This document shows positions 1 through 11,794 of a DNA stretch of 64,000 nt, piece after piece (the first letter of the stretch is position 1; each line of letters starts with the position of its first letter). Where the stretch lies: the NCBI GenBank assembly GCA_026708055.1, contig JAPOVS010000018.1:17799-81798 (forward strand), read 5' to 3'. This DNA is from a bacterium. GTDB lineage: Bacteria > Actinomycetota > Acidimicrobiia > Acidimicrobiales > CATQHL01. The position numbers and the translations under genes are program-made. The notes under the pieces are model-generated. The model searched no databases and was not told the DNA's origin. It worked only from the letters and a program-made list of their open reading frames with translations.

Positions 1-395
1 CCGGTATCCAGCACCTCTGCACGCCTGTGCGGGGAGACTTCGCCACCGCTCCCGGCGGCATCCTCGAACTCGCCGGCGCCTTGCATCCGACGCCTGCGGT
101 TGCGGGCCAGCCGGTGGCCGCCGCGCTGGACTTCCTCCGCCGCCACGAGCCGGGGGGCCGCGGCTGGTTCGCCGGCCCGGTGGGGTGGACCGACCTGTCC
201 GGCAACGGCGAGTTCTGCACGGCCATCCGTTCAGGCCTGCTGGACCCGGAGACCAACGAGATGGCGCTCTTCGCCGGCTCCGGCGTGGTCGAGGAATCCG
301 ATCCGACCGCGGAACTGCGCGAGACCGTCTCGAAGCTGAACGCGGTGCCGGCGGTCGCCGACGACGCACCACTCGGGGGCGTTCGCGAGCAGTGA
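1..395 (+). CDS. menF: isochorismate synthase, C-terminal fragment (gene begins upstream of the window)
   Basis: The frame of ORF 27..395 is open to the window edge. It shows chorismate-binding C-terminal motifs GWFAGPVGW and FAGSGVVEESDP. Its TGA stop (393-395) overlaps the GTG of the next men gene. Confidence 0.7.
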   Translation, partial: GIQHLCTPVRGDFATAPGGILELAGALHPTPAVAGQPVAAALDFLRRHEPGGRGWFAGPVGWTDLSGNGEFCTAIRSGLLDPETNEMALFAGSGVVEESDPTAELRETVSKLNAVPAVADDAPLGGVREQ

Positions 396-2122
396 CCGCG
401 TACGAGTACTTCGGTGCGTTCTTCGAGGAGTTGGCGAACCGGGGCGTGCGCCACGCGGTCTGCTCCCCGGGTTCGCGCTCAGCACCGCTGGTGCTCTCCG
501 CCCACGCCGAGCCGCGGCTGCGCTGCTGGGTGCAGCTCGACGAGCGAGCCGGTGGCTTCTTCGCCCTCGGCCTCGCCAAGGCCGAACGCCGGTGCGTCGC
601 CCTGATCTGCACGTCGGGAAGTGCGGCCGCCAACTACCTCCCGGCGGTGACCGAGGCGTTCTACGACGGTGTGGGCCTGGTGGTGCTGACCGCCGATCGT
701 CCACCGGAATTGCGCGACCGCGGCGCCGGCCAGACGATCGACCAGATCGGCCTGTACGGCGCGCACGTGCGCTGGTCGGCCGACCTGCCGGTCCCCGGCG
801 AGGTGGGTCCCGACCACGCCCGCTTCACGGCGCATCGAGCGGTCACCGCCGCGCTCGGCCCGCCCGGCGGACCGGTCCACCTCAACGTCCCGCTGCGCGA
901 GCCGCTCGAGCCCCTCGAAGGGCAACTGGGTGACGGCGCCGGCGGCGGGGAGTCGCCGGGGTCGCCGCGCCTGCCGGCGGCCGAAGCCGGCGAGGTGGCG
1001 CAACTGGCCGACCTCGTGCGCAACCGGGAGCGGGGCGTGCTGGCGGTCGGACCGTCGGATCTCTCCGGCGCCGACGCCGGCGCCGTGAAGCGCTTGGCTG
1101 CGCTCGCCGGATGGCCGCTTCTCGCCGACGCCGCCTCCGGCCTGCGCACCGGGGGCGCCGAGGGCGCCGCGATCGTGGCAGCCGGTCAGCATCTGGCTCG
1201 CACCGGGCCGTTCTGGAACACCCACAGGCCCGACGTGCTCGTGCGGGCCGGCCACCCCACGGCCGCACGGGCGCTGCGGGAAGGTTTGGCGGCCTGGGGA
1301 GCGGATATCTGGCTCGTGGACCCCTTGGACCGTTGGGAGGAACCCACGACGGTGCCTACCGGACGCTGGCGCAGCCCGCTCGGCGCGCTTGCCCGGGGCG
1401 CCCTGGCCGCGCTCGGTTCGGGGCGGCCGGCGACCGCGTGGGCCGACTCCTGGCGTCTGGCCGAGTCGACCGCGCAGCAGACGATCACGGCGACCCTGGA
1501 GGGCGGCCCGCTGCTCGAGGCGGGACTGGCGCGGCTGCTCGGCGAGGCGCTCGAGCCCGGCACTGTTCTCTACGCCTCCAACAGCATGCCCGTCCGAGAT
1601 CTGGACGCCTTCCTGGCGCCTCACGGTCGAGCGTTGCGGGTGGTGGCGCATCGGGGCACCAATGGCATCGACGGCGTCGTGTCGGCGGCCGCCGGGATGG
1701 CCGCGGCGACCGGCGACCCGGTGGTCCTGCTGGCGGGCGATCTGGCGCTGCTGCACGACCTCGGGGGGCTCCTCGGCGCCGCCCGAGCGGGAATCGACCT
1801 CACGATCGTCGTGCCGAACAACAACGGCGGGGGTATCTTCTCGTTCCTCCCGGTTGCCGAGGCGGTCCCCGAGCCGGTCTTCGAGCAGTTCTTCGGCACT
1901 CCTCACGGCGCCGACCTGTCGAGCGTGGTAACGGGCGTCGGCGCCGCTCACCACCGCGCCGCCGACGCCGGGGCGCTGGGCGAGGCGCTGGAGACCTGCA
2001 AGCACTCCGGCGGTATCCACGTCGTCGAGGTCCCCGTGGACGCCGCGGCGAACGTGGCGCAGCACCGGCTCCTGGAGAGGTCCGTGCGGGACGCCGTGAC
2101 CCGCTCCTGCGGCCCTGCATGA
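392..2122 (+). CDS. menD: 2-succinyl-5-enolpyruvyl-6-hydroxy-3-cyclohexene-1-carboxylate synthase (ThDP enzyme)
   Basis: In-frame GTG at 392 within ORF 185..2122. The N-terminus is VTAYEYFGAFFEELANRGVRHAVCSPGSRSAPL followed by LICTSGSAAANYLPAVTEA. A ThDP motif GDLALLHDLGGL..NNNGGGIF lies downstream. The gene sits between menF and menC. Confidence 0.85.
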   Translation: MTAYEYFGAFFEELANRGVRHAVCSPGSRSAPLVLSAHAEPRLRCWVQLDERAGGFFALGLAKAERRCVALICTSGSAAANYLPAVTEAFYDGVGLVVLTADRPPELRDRGAGQTIDQIGLYGAHVRWSADLPVPGEVGPDHARFTAHRAVTAALGPPGGPVHLNVPLREPLEPLEGQLGDGAGGGESPGSPRLPAAEAGEVAQLADLVRNRERGVLAVGPSDLSGADAGAVKRLAALAGWPLLADAASGLRTGGAEGAAIVAAGQHLARTGPFWNTHRPDVLVRAGHPTAARALREGLAAWGADIWLVDPLDRWEEPTTVPTGRWRSPLGALARGALAALGSGRPATAWADSWRLAESTAQQTITATLEGGPLLEAGLARLLGEALEPGTVLYASNSMPVRDLDAFLAPHGRALRVVAHRGTNGIDGVVSAAAGMAAATGDPVVLLAGDLALLHDLGGLLGAARAGIDLTIVVPNNNGGGIFSFLPVAEAVPEPVFEQFFGTPHGADLSSVVTGVGAAHHRAADAGALGEALETCKHSGGIHVVEVPVDAAANVAQHRLLERSVRDAVTRSCGPA

Positions 2123-3249
2123 GCCGCTCCCCCGCCACCGAGCCCGACGCCGCCGATGGCGACGGGAGCGGGGCAGGGGCTGCGCTCTACAGCTACGCGC
2201 TGCCGCTGCGAAAGCCGCTCGCGACCGGTCGCGGTCCGCTGAGGCACCGGCGCGGCCTGCTCGTGCGGCTGCGCGACGGGGACGGCCGGGCGGGATGGGG
2301 GGAGGCCGCCCCGCTGGCGGGCTGGCACGGACCCGATCTGGAGACCACCGCCGCGGCGCTGGCCCGCTGGCTGCGAACCAATGCGCCCGGCGAGGAGCCG
2401 GAGACCTTGGCGGCCCGCGCCGGGGCGACGCTGCGCGACGTGCCGTGCGCCTGGGCAGCGGTTGCCGGGGCGGCCGCCGATCTGGCAGCCCGCCGCCGCG
2501 GCGTATCCCTGGCGTCGTTCCTTGCCGGTCCGGGAGCATCGCCTGCGGGCCCGGTGCCCAGCGCCGCGCTCGTGGCGGGCGAGACCCCCGAATCGGTGGC
2601 AGCCTCCGCCGCTGCCGCCACCGTCGCCGGCCACCGCACCCTCAAGCTGAAGGTCGCCTCCGGAGCCCTCGCCGACGACGTGGCCCGCGTTGCGGCCCTG
2701 CGGCAGGCCGCCCCCGGCGCGGTGCTGCGCCTGGACGCCAACGGCGCTTGGGGAGCGGCCGCGGGAGACGCCGTCAGGGCTCTGGCTCGATTCGAGCCGG
2801 AGCTGCTGGAGGAGCCCGTCCGCGGCCTCGCGCAACTCCGGCGCCTGCAGGAAGGCAGCGACATTCCGATCGCCGCCGACGAGAGCCTGCCGCCGCTGAC
2901 CGACCTTCACCGCCACCTCCCGCTCGGCGTGGCGGCCGCCATCCTGAAGCCCTCGGCTCTCGGCGACCCGGTCGCCGTGCTCGGAGCCGCGGCCGCACTG
3001 GCCGAGACCGGCACCAGCGCGATCATGGGCTCCTTCATGGAGAGCGCCGTGGGCGTGGCGACCACCGCCCACGTCGCCGCCGTGGTCGCAGGACCGGCCG
3101 CGGGCCTGGGAACCTCGGCGCTGCTGCGGAGAGATGTGTGCGAGCCGCCGGCGGTGCGCGGGGGCTCCGTGCAGTTGCCGGCGGGACCGGGTCTCGGGCT
3201 GGCGCCGGAGCCCGCCGGTGGCATACGACTCCTCGAGACCTTCGGCTGA
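2119..3249 (+). CDS. menC: o-succinylbenzoate synthase (enolase superfamily)
   Basis: ATG at 2119 forms an ATGA overlap with the menD stop. Enolase-superfamily pattern LKLKV..LRLDANGAW..EEP..IAADES. men operon context. Confidence 0.75.
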   Translation: MSRSPATEPDAADGDGSGAGAALYSYALPLRKPLATGRGPLRHRRGLLVRLRDGDGRAGWGEAAPLAGWHGPDLETTAAALARWLRTNAPGEEPETLAARAGATLRDVPCAWAAVAGAAADLAARRRGVSLASFLAGPGASPAGPVPSAALVAGETPESVAASAAAATVAGHRTLKLKVASGALADDVARVAALRQAAPGAVLRLDANGAWGAAAGDAVRALARFEPELLEEPVRGLAQLRRLQEGSDIPIAADESLPPLTDLHRHLPLGVAAAILKPSALGDPVAVLGAAAALAETGTSAIMGSFMESAVGVATTAHVAAVVAGPAAGLGTSALLRRDVCEPPAVRGGSVQLPAGPGLGLAPEPAGGIRLLETFG

Positions 3250-3380
3250 CCGGGCGCGCCGCCCAACGGCGCCGGGATGCCGCGTCACTTCCTACAGCGG
3301 GCAATACCGTGTCAGAGGCTGCCGCGCCGCTACGGCGGTGACGCCATACGCAACCCGACCTCGTCGAAACAGGAGGCCCC

Positions 3381-4316
3381 GTGAATCCCTCCAGCGAATC
3401 CTCAGCATCCAGCGGCCCCGACCACTTCTCCGCGCCGCGGCCGCGGGGCGCCGCACGCCCCGCCGAGAGCCTCATCCGACCCGGTGCCGACTGGCAAGAC
3501 GGTGGCGGGAGCTACGGCGACATCGGTTACGCCACCGCCGACGGCATCGCCAAGCTCACCATCCAACGTCCCGAGGTTCGCAACGCCTTCCGCCCCCAGA
3601 CGTTGTTCGAACTCGCCGACGCCCTCAACCGGGCACGCGACGACGACCGGATCGGTGCGGTGATCCTCTGCGGCACCGGAGACCTGGCGTTCTGCTCGGG
3701 CGGTGACCAGCGCATCAGGGGAGACGACGGCTACCTCGGCGACGACGAGGTGGCCCGCAAGGGCATCGGCCGACTCAACGTGCTCGACCTGCAGGTCCAG
3801 ATCCGCCGGACCCCCAAGCCGGTGGTGGCCATGGTGGCCGGCTACGCCATCGGCGGCGGGCACGTGCTGCACATCGTCTGCGACCTCACCATTGCCGCCG
3901 ACAACGCCGTCTTCGGCCAGACCGGCCCGCGGGTGGGCTCCTTCGACGGCGGCTACGGCTCGGGCCTGCTGGCCCGGCACGTGGGTCAGAAGAAGGCCCG
4001 GGAGATCTGGTTCCTGTGCCGCCAGTACGGCGCCGCCGAGGCACTCGAGATGGGGCTCGTGAACGCGGTCGTGCCGCTCGAGGAACTCGAGGTCGAGACG
4101 GTGCGCTGGTGCCGGCGCATGCTCGAGCACTCGCCGCTGGCGCTGCGGATGCTGAAGGCCGCCATGAACGCCGCCGACGACGGCCTCGCCGGCATCCAGC
4201 AGCTTTCCGGCGACGCCACCCTGCTCTTCTACCAGACCGACGAGGCCCAGCACGGCCGGGACAGCTACGTGAACCGCACGCCCCCCGACTTCGGCCGGTT
4301 CCCGCGGCGCCCCTGA
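3381..4316 (+). CDS. menB: 1,4-dihydroxy-2-naphthoyl-CoA synthase (crotonase fold)
   Basis: ORF 3381..4316 with GGAGG 6 nt upstream. Motifs [26 protein letters not shown] and [11 protein letters not shown]. Confidence 0.9.
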   Translation: MNPSSESSASSGPDHFSAPRPRGAARPAESLIRPGADWQDGGGSYGDIGYATADGIAKLTIQRPEVRNAFRPQTLFELADALNRARDDDRIGAVILCGTGDLAFCSGGDQRIRGDDGYLGDDEVARKGIGRLNVLDLQVQIRRTPKPVVAMVAGYAIGGGHVLHIVCDLTIAADNAVFGQTGPRVGSFDGGYGSGLLARHVGQKKAREIWFLCRQYGAAEALEMGLVNAVVPLEELEVETVRWCRRMLEHSPLALRMLKAAMNAADDGLAGIQQLSGDATLLFYQTDEAQHGRDSYVNRTPPDFGRFPRRP

Positions 4317-4350
4317 GCGGAGCGACCCGCCGGCGGGGCCCGCGGGACGC

Positions 4351-6150
4351 TCAGTCGAGTTCGACGCGCAGTTCGCTGTAGTCGCCGGGCACCAGGCAAA
4401 TGCCGACGTCGGTGCCCAAACCCTCGAAGGGGCAGGGATAGCGGAAGGTGACCGGCAGCAGGGAGTCGCCCATCGTCCACTTCCCCGGTGCCAGCGAGCC
4501 CGGCAGCATGCTGACCAGGTCCACGGGGCCGAGGTTCTCCAAGGCTGCGAAGATGTCGGCGCGGGTGGGGTTGGGGCCGGCGTCGTAGAGTGCCCGCAGA
4601 GCCACGCGGTAGACGCTGCAGACCAGGCCCACCATGCCGTGCTTGTTGGTCTCGAGCGGGTCGCGGGGGTCGTAGTCCTCGCCCAGCGGGGAGTTCTCCC
4701 GGTACTCCCGCATGCACATGGTGTCGAAGGGCGTCGCCGCGGGATACTCGGGCAGACGGTACCGGCCCGCGTCGCCGTGCACCAGCAGCACCGTGCCGTC
4801 GTACAGGGCGCCCGCCGCCTCACCGCCGAACGTGACGATCAGGCCCGCCACCACTTCGTTGCCCTGGCTGTTGAAGTCGGAGTTGTAGAACCGCACGTCA
4901 CCGGGGGCGAATCCCTGCGTCACCATCTCGGTTATGTAGGCAGGCAGCGAGACGGCGTTCAGCGTGGGGAACAGCACGTCCACATCCTCCTCCAGCAGGC
5001 GCTGGACGGATTCGGCCATGCCACCGATGCAGATGGAGGTGCCGGCGCAGTCGAGCACGTCGTACACCGGCACCTCGACACCCGCCGCCTCCAGCGCCGC
5101 CACCAGACTGGCCTCAGTGGCCTCCGCCTCACCCGGCGTGTTGGGTGCCACCACCCCGACACGGGCGCCGTCGAGGGCACCGGTGGCAATGAGGTACTCG
5201 GCGAGGGCGCGCAGGTTGGTCTCCAGGGTGGTGGCAGTGGTGAGCAGGCGACCGCCGCCCCGCCGCACGTACTCCTCCGGCAGGGCCTGGTGGCCGATGA
5301 GGGCGGAATCGTGCTCTTCGGTCACGCAGAGCTGCGCGGTCCCCTGGAAACTCGTCGTGTTCACCAGCACGACGGCCTCGTGGTCCTCGGTGGCCTCGAT
5401 GCAGGCGGCGTTGCGCAACGTGTCGATGTCGGTGCCGCCGACGCCGAGGGCGGCCACCTCCACCAGTCGGAGATCGATCCTGCGCCCCCACACGCCGCTG
5501 CAGCGCTCGTTCACGATGCGGGTGAACGTGTCGAACATGTCGGTGGGGTCGCCGACGGGGGCGGCGAATCCCATGTCCACGATCTCCTCGATCTGTGTGC
5601 GCATGTGCACGAACGTGACCGTGTCGGCACCGATGCCGCTGTCGGTGGCGCGCCGCGGCTCGGCGGCTTCGCCGTGCGGGAAGCAGAAGGCCTCGAGCGA
5701 GCCGAACGGGTGGTCGCGGTCGAAGCCGCGCTGGAACTCGGCGAACACCCCGCCACGGGGGTCGACGTAGACGTCGGCGGATGTCTCATCGGCGGCACCG
5801 GCCGCGGTGTCCGCGGGAGCCGGAGCGGGAGCCGGAGTCTCGGCGGCCGCGTTGCCGGCGGGGCCGGTCGTCACGGGCTCGACGGCTTCGGCTCCTGCGG
5901 CCGGCGCGCTGTCCGCGGGCGCTGGGGGGTCGCCCGCCGCGTCGTCGCCGCCACCGGCGGCCGCCCCACCGGCGTCGCCCGAGGGCGCGCCTCCGCCGGC
6001 CGTCGTGCCGCCGGGGGCAGGCGCTACCGGCGCCTCGGGCGGGGCGGAGGCAGCGGCGCGCGTTCCGTCCTCGCCCCCACAGGCCGCCGCCGTCAGGACC
6101 ACCGCCAGCGCCACGGCCGTCGCGCGCCCGAACCGGAACTCCCGTCCCAC
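4351..6150 (-). CDS. ABC transporter substrate-binding lipoprotein (type I, Leu/Ile/Val-binding-like) with ~120-aa Ala/Pro/Gly-rich N-terminal linker
   Basis: Signal peptide plus lipobox VLTAAAC. A long low-complexity linker is followed by a globular domain. The gene is divergent from the LivF/LivHMG-type genes. Confidence 0.5.
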   Translation of the reverse strand: MGREFRFGRATAVALAVVLTAAACGGEDGTRAAASAPPEAPVAPAPGGTTAGGGAPSGDAGGAAAGGGDDAAGDPPAPADSAPAAGAEAVEPVTTGPAGNAAAETPAPAPAPADTAAGAADETSADVYVDPRGGVFAEFQRGFDRDHPFGSLEAFCFPHGEAAEPRRATDSGIGADTVTFVHMRTQIEEIVDMGFAAPVGDPTDMFDTFTRIVNERCSGVWGRRIDLRLVEVAALGVGGTDIDTLRNAACIEATEDHEAVVLVNTTSFQGTAQLCVTEEHDSALIGHQALPEEYVRRGGGRLLTTATTLETNLRALAEYLIATGALDGARVGVVAPNTPGEAEATEASLVAALEAAGVEVPVYDVLDCAGTSICIGGMAESVQRLLEEDVDVLFPTLNAVSLPAYITEMVTQGFAPGDVRFYNSDFNSQGNEVVAGLIVTFGGEAAGALYDGTVLLVHGDAGRYRLPEYPAATPFDTMCMREYRENSPLGEDYDPRDPLETNKHGMVGLVCSVYRVALRALYDAGPNPTRADIFAALENLGPVDLVSMLPGSLAPGKWTMGDSLLPVTFRYPCPFEGLGTDVGICLVPGDYSELRVELD

Positions 6151-6283
6151 CGCGACTCAACATAGACGAGAGCGCGGTCCGACAGCACGCCCGGAGCAGT
6201 CGTTCACCGTCGGGCCGCCTCCCCGGACGGCCATCCGTTCAGAATTCGGGACCGACCCGGCCCGATGGGGCAGACTTTCGGCG

Positions 6284-7062
<779 letters not shown>

Positions 7063-7066
<4 letters not shown>

Positions 7067-9909
7067 TCGAGGTGGTTGGCTGGGGGGTCTCGCAGCAGGA
7101 CCTGCTCATCGGCGGCGTCACCGGGCTCACCTACGCCGCCCTCGCGGCCGGCTTCGTGCTCGTCTACCGGGCCAGCGGGATCCTGAACTTCGCGCACGCC
7201 GACGTCGGTGCGCTCTGCGCCGCCACTTTCGTGCTGATGCTGGCGGGATACGGGCTGAACTGGTGGATGGCGTTCGTCGTGGCGATCGTGGGCGGCTTCA
7301 TCGTCGGCGGCGCCATCGAGTTGACGATCATCCGGAGGCTCTCGCAGTCCTCGCGGCTGGTGCTGCTCATCGCCACCATCGGCGTGGGTCAATTGCTCGT
7401 CCTGGCCCGGATCAACCTGCCGTCGGTGCTCCGGCCCGGACCCATCCCGCCGCCCTTCGACCTGCGCTGGGAGGTCACCGACGATCTCCGGATCCTGGGG
7501 CGCGAGCTCATCGTGATCATCGCCGTGCCGGTGATGGTGGGCCTCCTGGGATTGGTGCTGCACAAGACCCGCTTCGGGCTGGCAGCACGGGCGGCCGCCG
7601 CCAATCCCGAGACCGCCCGCACCTACGGCATCCCGACGCGCCGGATCTCGACCGCGCTCTGGGGCATCGCCGGGTCGCTCTCGGCTGCCACCGCCGTGTT
7701 CTTCGCACCGCTGGAGGGGGTGAGCGCCGCCCAGACCGGCACCGCCGCCCTGGCGCCCCCGCTGCTGTTGCGGGCCCTCGTCGTCAGCCTGATCGCCAGG
7801 ATGCGCTCGCTGCCGATGACGCTGGTCGGCGGCGTCGGCGTCGGCATCGCCGAGAAGATCGTGCGCGACAACGTGGCGTCGGCCAACCGCTCCATCGTTG
7901 ACCTGTTCCTGTTCGGTGCGGTGGTGGTGGCGGTGCTGTTCGCGGTCCGCGCCCGCCGGGACGAGGCGGGCTGGTCGCTGTCACCCAAGCTCCGGGCGGT
8001 GCCGAGAGAGTTCGGCGACCTGGCGATCGTGCGCCATCTGGGCACCATCGGGCTGGGCGGCATCTTCCTGTTCCTGGGCCTGCTCGGCTGGCTGCTGGAT
8101 TCCCCCACGTCCCTGTGGCTCTGGACGGGGATCCTCATCCACACGATGGTGGCCCTCTCGCTCACATTGCTGACCGGCTGGGCGGGGCAGATCTCCCTGG
8201 GACAGTTCGCCTTCGTGGGCCTGGGGGCGTTCTGCCTGGTGGCGCTGACCAGGGGGCATGACATCCCTGTCCCGTTGAACGCCTTCGACCTGTCGCTGCA
8301 GCTGAACTGGGGCCTGGCGGTGGTGCTTTGCACGCTGATCGGTGCGCTGGCGGCGCTGGTCATCGGCGTTCCCGCCCTGCGGGTGCGCGGCCTGTTCCTG
8401 GCGGTCGCCACGCTGGCCTTCGCGGTGGCGTCGGCCAACTGGATCCTGGCACAGGACGTCTTCACCGGCGGCACCACCGCGGTGCGCCCCGTCAGCGAGC
8501 CGGTGCTGGGACCGTTCGACTTCGGCGCCTCCCGCAAGTCCTTCTACTTCCTCTGCCTGGGGTTCCTGATCGTGGTGACCGTGCTGCTGGCAAGGTTGCG
8601 GCACACGGGCATCGGACGCTCGCTGCTGGCGGTGCGGGAGAACGAGGAGATGGCTGCGGCCAGCACGGTGTCGGTGACCCGCATGAAGATCATGGGTTTC
8701 GCCATCGCCGGCGCGGTGGCGGCCCTGGCGGGCGCCCTCTACGGGACCCTGCAGGAGAACCTCAGCCCCGCCAACACGTTCGCACCCGAGTTCTCGATCG
8801 ACGTGGTGGCCATCTCGGTGATCGGCGGGCTGGGCTCGATCGCCGGACCGTTCCTGGGAGTGCTCTGGGTCAAGGGCATCCCGGCGCTCTTCGACCCGAC
8901 GGCGCCCCCGGAGTCGATCCGTCTCGTCACCTCCGGCATCGGCCTGCTGCTGTTGCTGCTCTACCTGCCGGGCGGTCTCGTGCAGTTCCTCTACAACGGG
9001 CGCGACTACCTGCTGCACATGATCAGCCGCTCGCGCTTCGGGGCGCGCGCCTCGCCGCCGAAGCCCGCACCGATTCCGGTCTCGGCACTCACCGTGCCGC
9101 CGAGACCGGCCGTCCCCGACTCGCCGGTGTGGCTGCGCACGCAGGCGCTCAGTGTCAGCTTCGGGGGAAACAGGGCGGTGCGGGAGGTCGACTTCGAGGT
9201 GCGCCGCGGCGAACTGGTCGGGCTCATCGGCACCAACGGTGCCGGCAAGTCCACCCTCATGAACGCGGTCAGCGGGTTCGTGCCGGCCTCGGGCGCCGTG
9301 GAACTGCTCGGAGTCGACGTGTCGGACCTCAGGGCGCACGCGCGTCACCGGCGCGGCCTGGGTCGCACGTTCCAGTCGGCGCGCCTGTACCCCGACCTGA
9401 CGGTCACCGAAACGCTGATGGTGGCACTCGAGGCGCGGCGCCGGTCGTTGCTGCTTCCGTCCCTGCTGGGCCTGCCGCCGTCGCCGGCCGCCGAACGGCA
9501 CAAGCGCGCGGAGGCTGCCGAACTCGTCGACTATCTGAGACTCGGGGACTTCGCCGGCTACTTCGTCTCCGAACTCTCCACCGGCACCCGCCGCGTCGTG
9601 GAACTGGGCTGCATGCTGGCGAGCGACGCCCGCGTCCTGATGCTCGACGAGCCGACAGGCGGTCTGTCCCAGCGGGAGACCGAGGAATTCGGACCCAGGA
9701 TCAAGGAGGTGCAGACCGAACTCGACGCCGCGGTCGTCGTGATCGAGCACGACGTGCCGCTCGTCATGGGCATCTCGGACCGGATGTACTGCCTGGAGGC
9801 CGGGGCGGTCATCTCGGTGGGGACACCCGCGCAGTTGCGAGCCGACCCCGCCGTCATCGCCTCCTACCTGGGCTCCGACGAGCGGCTGACCGGCGACGGC
9901 CGCAGTTGA
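7063..9909 (+). CDS. fused branched-chain amino acid ABC transporter: LivH-like permease + LivM-like permease + LivG-like ATPase (948 aa)
   Basis: A single ORF overlapping the LivF stop by 4 nt. The N-terminal third carries the LivH motif (ILNFAHADVGAL). The middle third carries the LivM motif (LLTGWAGQISLGQFAFVGLGAF). The C-terminal third is an ATPase (GTNGAGKST, LSTGTRR, LMLDEP). Confidence 0.8.
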
Positions 9910-9948
9910 GGAGGCGATCCGCCGGGTACGCCTCGGCTCCCGGACCGC

Positions 9949-11160
9949 TCAGCGCCGGAGCGCCCTGACCAGCCGATCCAGGATCTCCTCCAGCAGAGTC
10001 GTGGAGGTGCCGAAGTTGAGGCGCACGTGGCCCTCACCGCCAGTGCCGAACTCGTGGCCTTCGGACGTGCGGACCTGCGCCCTCTCCAGGAGCCTGGCAG
10101 CGGCATCGCGACCCAGGTCGAGCGCCGACAGATCCAGCCAGGCCAGGAACGTCGAGGCCGGTAGGTGACAGCCCACCGCGGGCAACTCGGTCGCCAGCAC
10201 GTCGACGACGAGACGCCGGTGCCGGTCGAACAACGCCACGAGATCGTCGAGCCAGCCGGCGCCCTGCTGCCAGGCGGTGAGCGCCGCCTCGACCCCGGCA
10301 CGTCCCACACCGCCGAGGAGGTGCGCCGGCATCGCCGACTCGAAGCGATCAAGCAGGTCCTCGTCGCCAAAGACGGCGATGGCCGCCCGCAGGCCGGAGA
10401 TCGCGAAGGCCTTCCCTGCCGAATAGAGGGCCACGGTGTGCCCAGCGGCGTCCGGCAATGCGAGTGTCGGGTAGTGGCACCCGCCCGGGTAGACGAGATC
10501 GAAATGGATCTCGTCGCTGACGAGGATCACGTCGTGCCGGCGGGTCAGTTCCACCATGACCTGCAGGTCCTGCCGGCCGTAGAGGTGGCCGGTGGGGTTG
10601 TGGGGGCTGCACAGCAACAGGATGCGAGCGGCCGGTTCCCGCTCGAGCAGCGCCGCCAGGTCGTCCAGTTCCAGGCGCCAGCCGTCGGCGTCGTGACGCA
10701 GCGGGCACTCCAGGCTGCGGCGGCCCAGCTCGGGGGCGACGTCGTGGAAGTACGGGTAGACCGGAGGCGTGGTGATGACGCCCTCGCCGGGCTCGGAGAA
10801 CGCCGCCACGACGGCCCAGATGCCCTGCAGGACGTCGGCGGTCGGGACCACGAGTTCGGGATCGGGGCGCCAGCCGTGCCGCTGCGCCGCCCAGTCGGCG
10901 AATGCGTGGCCGAGCTCGTTCGCCCGCCGGCTGTAGCCGACATCGGGCAGGTCGGCGAGACGGCGGAGGGCGTCTCGCACCACCGGCGGGGGGCCCAAGT
11001 CGTGCTCGGCGATCCAGGCCGGCAGCACGCCCGGTGGATCGATGCCCCACTTCAGGTTGCCGCCTGCCCGCTTGGCCGACTCGTCCACCCGATCGGCGAC
11101 ACCGTCGAATACACCACCGGCGCTGTCGTTGCCCGACTCGCCGCGCCTCACGCCCGCCAT
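9949..11160 (-). CDS. PLP-dependent aminotransferase class I/II, MalY/PatB-type C-S lyase
   Basis: ATG at 11160 (MAGVRRG...) inside ORF 9949..11481. Motifs CSPHNPTG and the PLP-lysine region YSAGKAFAISGLR. Confidence 0.75.
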   Translation of the reverse strand: MAGVRRGESGNDSAGGVFDGVADRVDESAKRAGGNLKWGIDPPGVLPAWIAEHDLGPPPVVRDALRRLADLPDVGYSRRANELGHAFADWAAQRHGWRPDPELVVPTADVLQGIWAVVAAFSEPGEGVITTPPVYPYFHDVAPELGRRSLECPLRHDADGWRLELDDLAALLEREPAARILLLCSPHNPTGHLYGRQDLQVMVELTRRHDVILVSDEIHFDLVYPGGCHYPTLALPDAAGHTVALYSAGKAFAISGLRAAIAVFGDEDLLDRFESAMPAHLLGGVGRAGVEAALTAWQQGAGWLDDLVALFDRHRRLVVDVLATELPAVGCHLPASTFLAWLDLSALDLGRDAAARLLERAQVRTSEGHEFGTGGEGHVRLNFGTSTTLLEEILDRLVRALRR

Positions 11161-11232
11161 TGTGGCACCCGCGGCCGGAAACGTGACCACGTCTGCCCGG
11201 CCCTGCTCAGGCAGGACGGTACGCTCGCGTGC

Positions 11233-11679
11233 GTGCCGCTGACCGATCGTGACGATCTCCACGATGAGGTTCTGCTGCGGCTCGAGGCAAAGGGCCGGCG
11301 ATTCACGTCCAACCACCGTCTCGTGATCGACGTGCTGGCCGACGCGGGCCGGCCGCTGACCATCCCGGAGATCCTGCCGCGCACGCCGCAGGTCCCCCAG
11401 AGTTCGGTCTACCGGACCCTCACCGTGCTCGAGGAGGCCGGAGCGGTCAGCCGCCTGACCATGGGATCCAACCATGCCCACTTCGAGCTGTCCGAACTAC
11501 TCGGCCGCCACCACCACCATCTCGTGTGCCGTGCCTGCGGCTCCATCGTGGACATCGACCTGGACCCCGAGATCGAGCAGGCCGTTGAAGCGGAACTGAA
11601 CCGCTCGGCCCTCGTGCACGGCCTTCGCATTGACGAGCACAGCATCGACGCCTTCGGATACTGCGCCGACTGCTCCTGA
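11233..11679 (+). CDS. zur: Fur-family metalloregulator, probably zinc uptake regulator
   Basis: GTG at 11233 in ORF 10165..11679 gives a 148-aa product. Winged-helix motif SSVYRTLTVLEEAG. Metal motifs HHHHLVCRACG and YCADC. The gene lies next to the znu genes. Confidence 0.75.
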   Translation: MPLTDRDDLHDEVLLRLEAKGRRFTSNHRLVIDVLADAGRPLTIPEILPRTPQVPQSSVYRTLTVLEEAGAVSRLTMGSNHAHFELSELLGRHHHHLVCRACGSIVDIDLDPEIEQAVEAELNRSALVHGLRIDEHSIDAFGYCADCS

Positions 11680-11794
11680 TCCGCTCCGGATCGAAGGGGC
11701 TCCCAGCGGGAGCGGATGCTCCGCCAACCCCGCCGGGCGAAGGTCCACAGCGGAGATGAACGTCGATTCAGGCGGGGCCCCTCAGCCGGACTGC

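Noticed and set aside
479-2539. Very long antisense or out-of-frame ORFs in the track, for example 479..2539(-), 7981..9750(-), 22928..24121(-), 24787..26244(-), 43143..45413(-), 46928..48694(-), 28156..29718(+) and the first part of 61550..63229(+).
   Set aside because: They lie opposite or offset to genes with strong family motifs. Their products are Arg/Pro/Gly/Ala-rich low-complexity sequences with no recognisable motifs. This is the expected stop-codon-poor shadow ORF behaviour of ~70% GC DNA.
5807-6283. A 159-aa Ala/Pro/Gly-rich N-terminal extension of the LivF-like ORF.
   Set aside because: It is the antisense image of the binding protein's own low-complexity linker and promoter region. 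The conserved ATPase begins right after the in-frame GTG at 6284.
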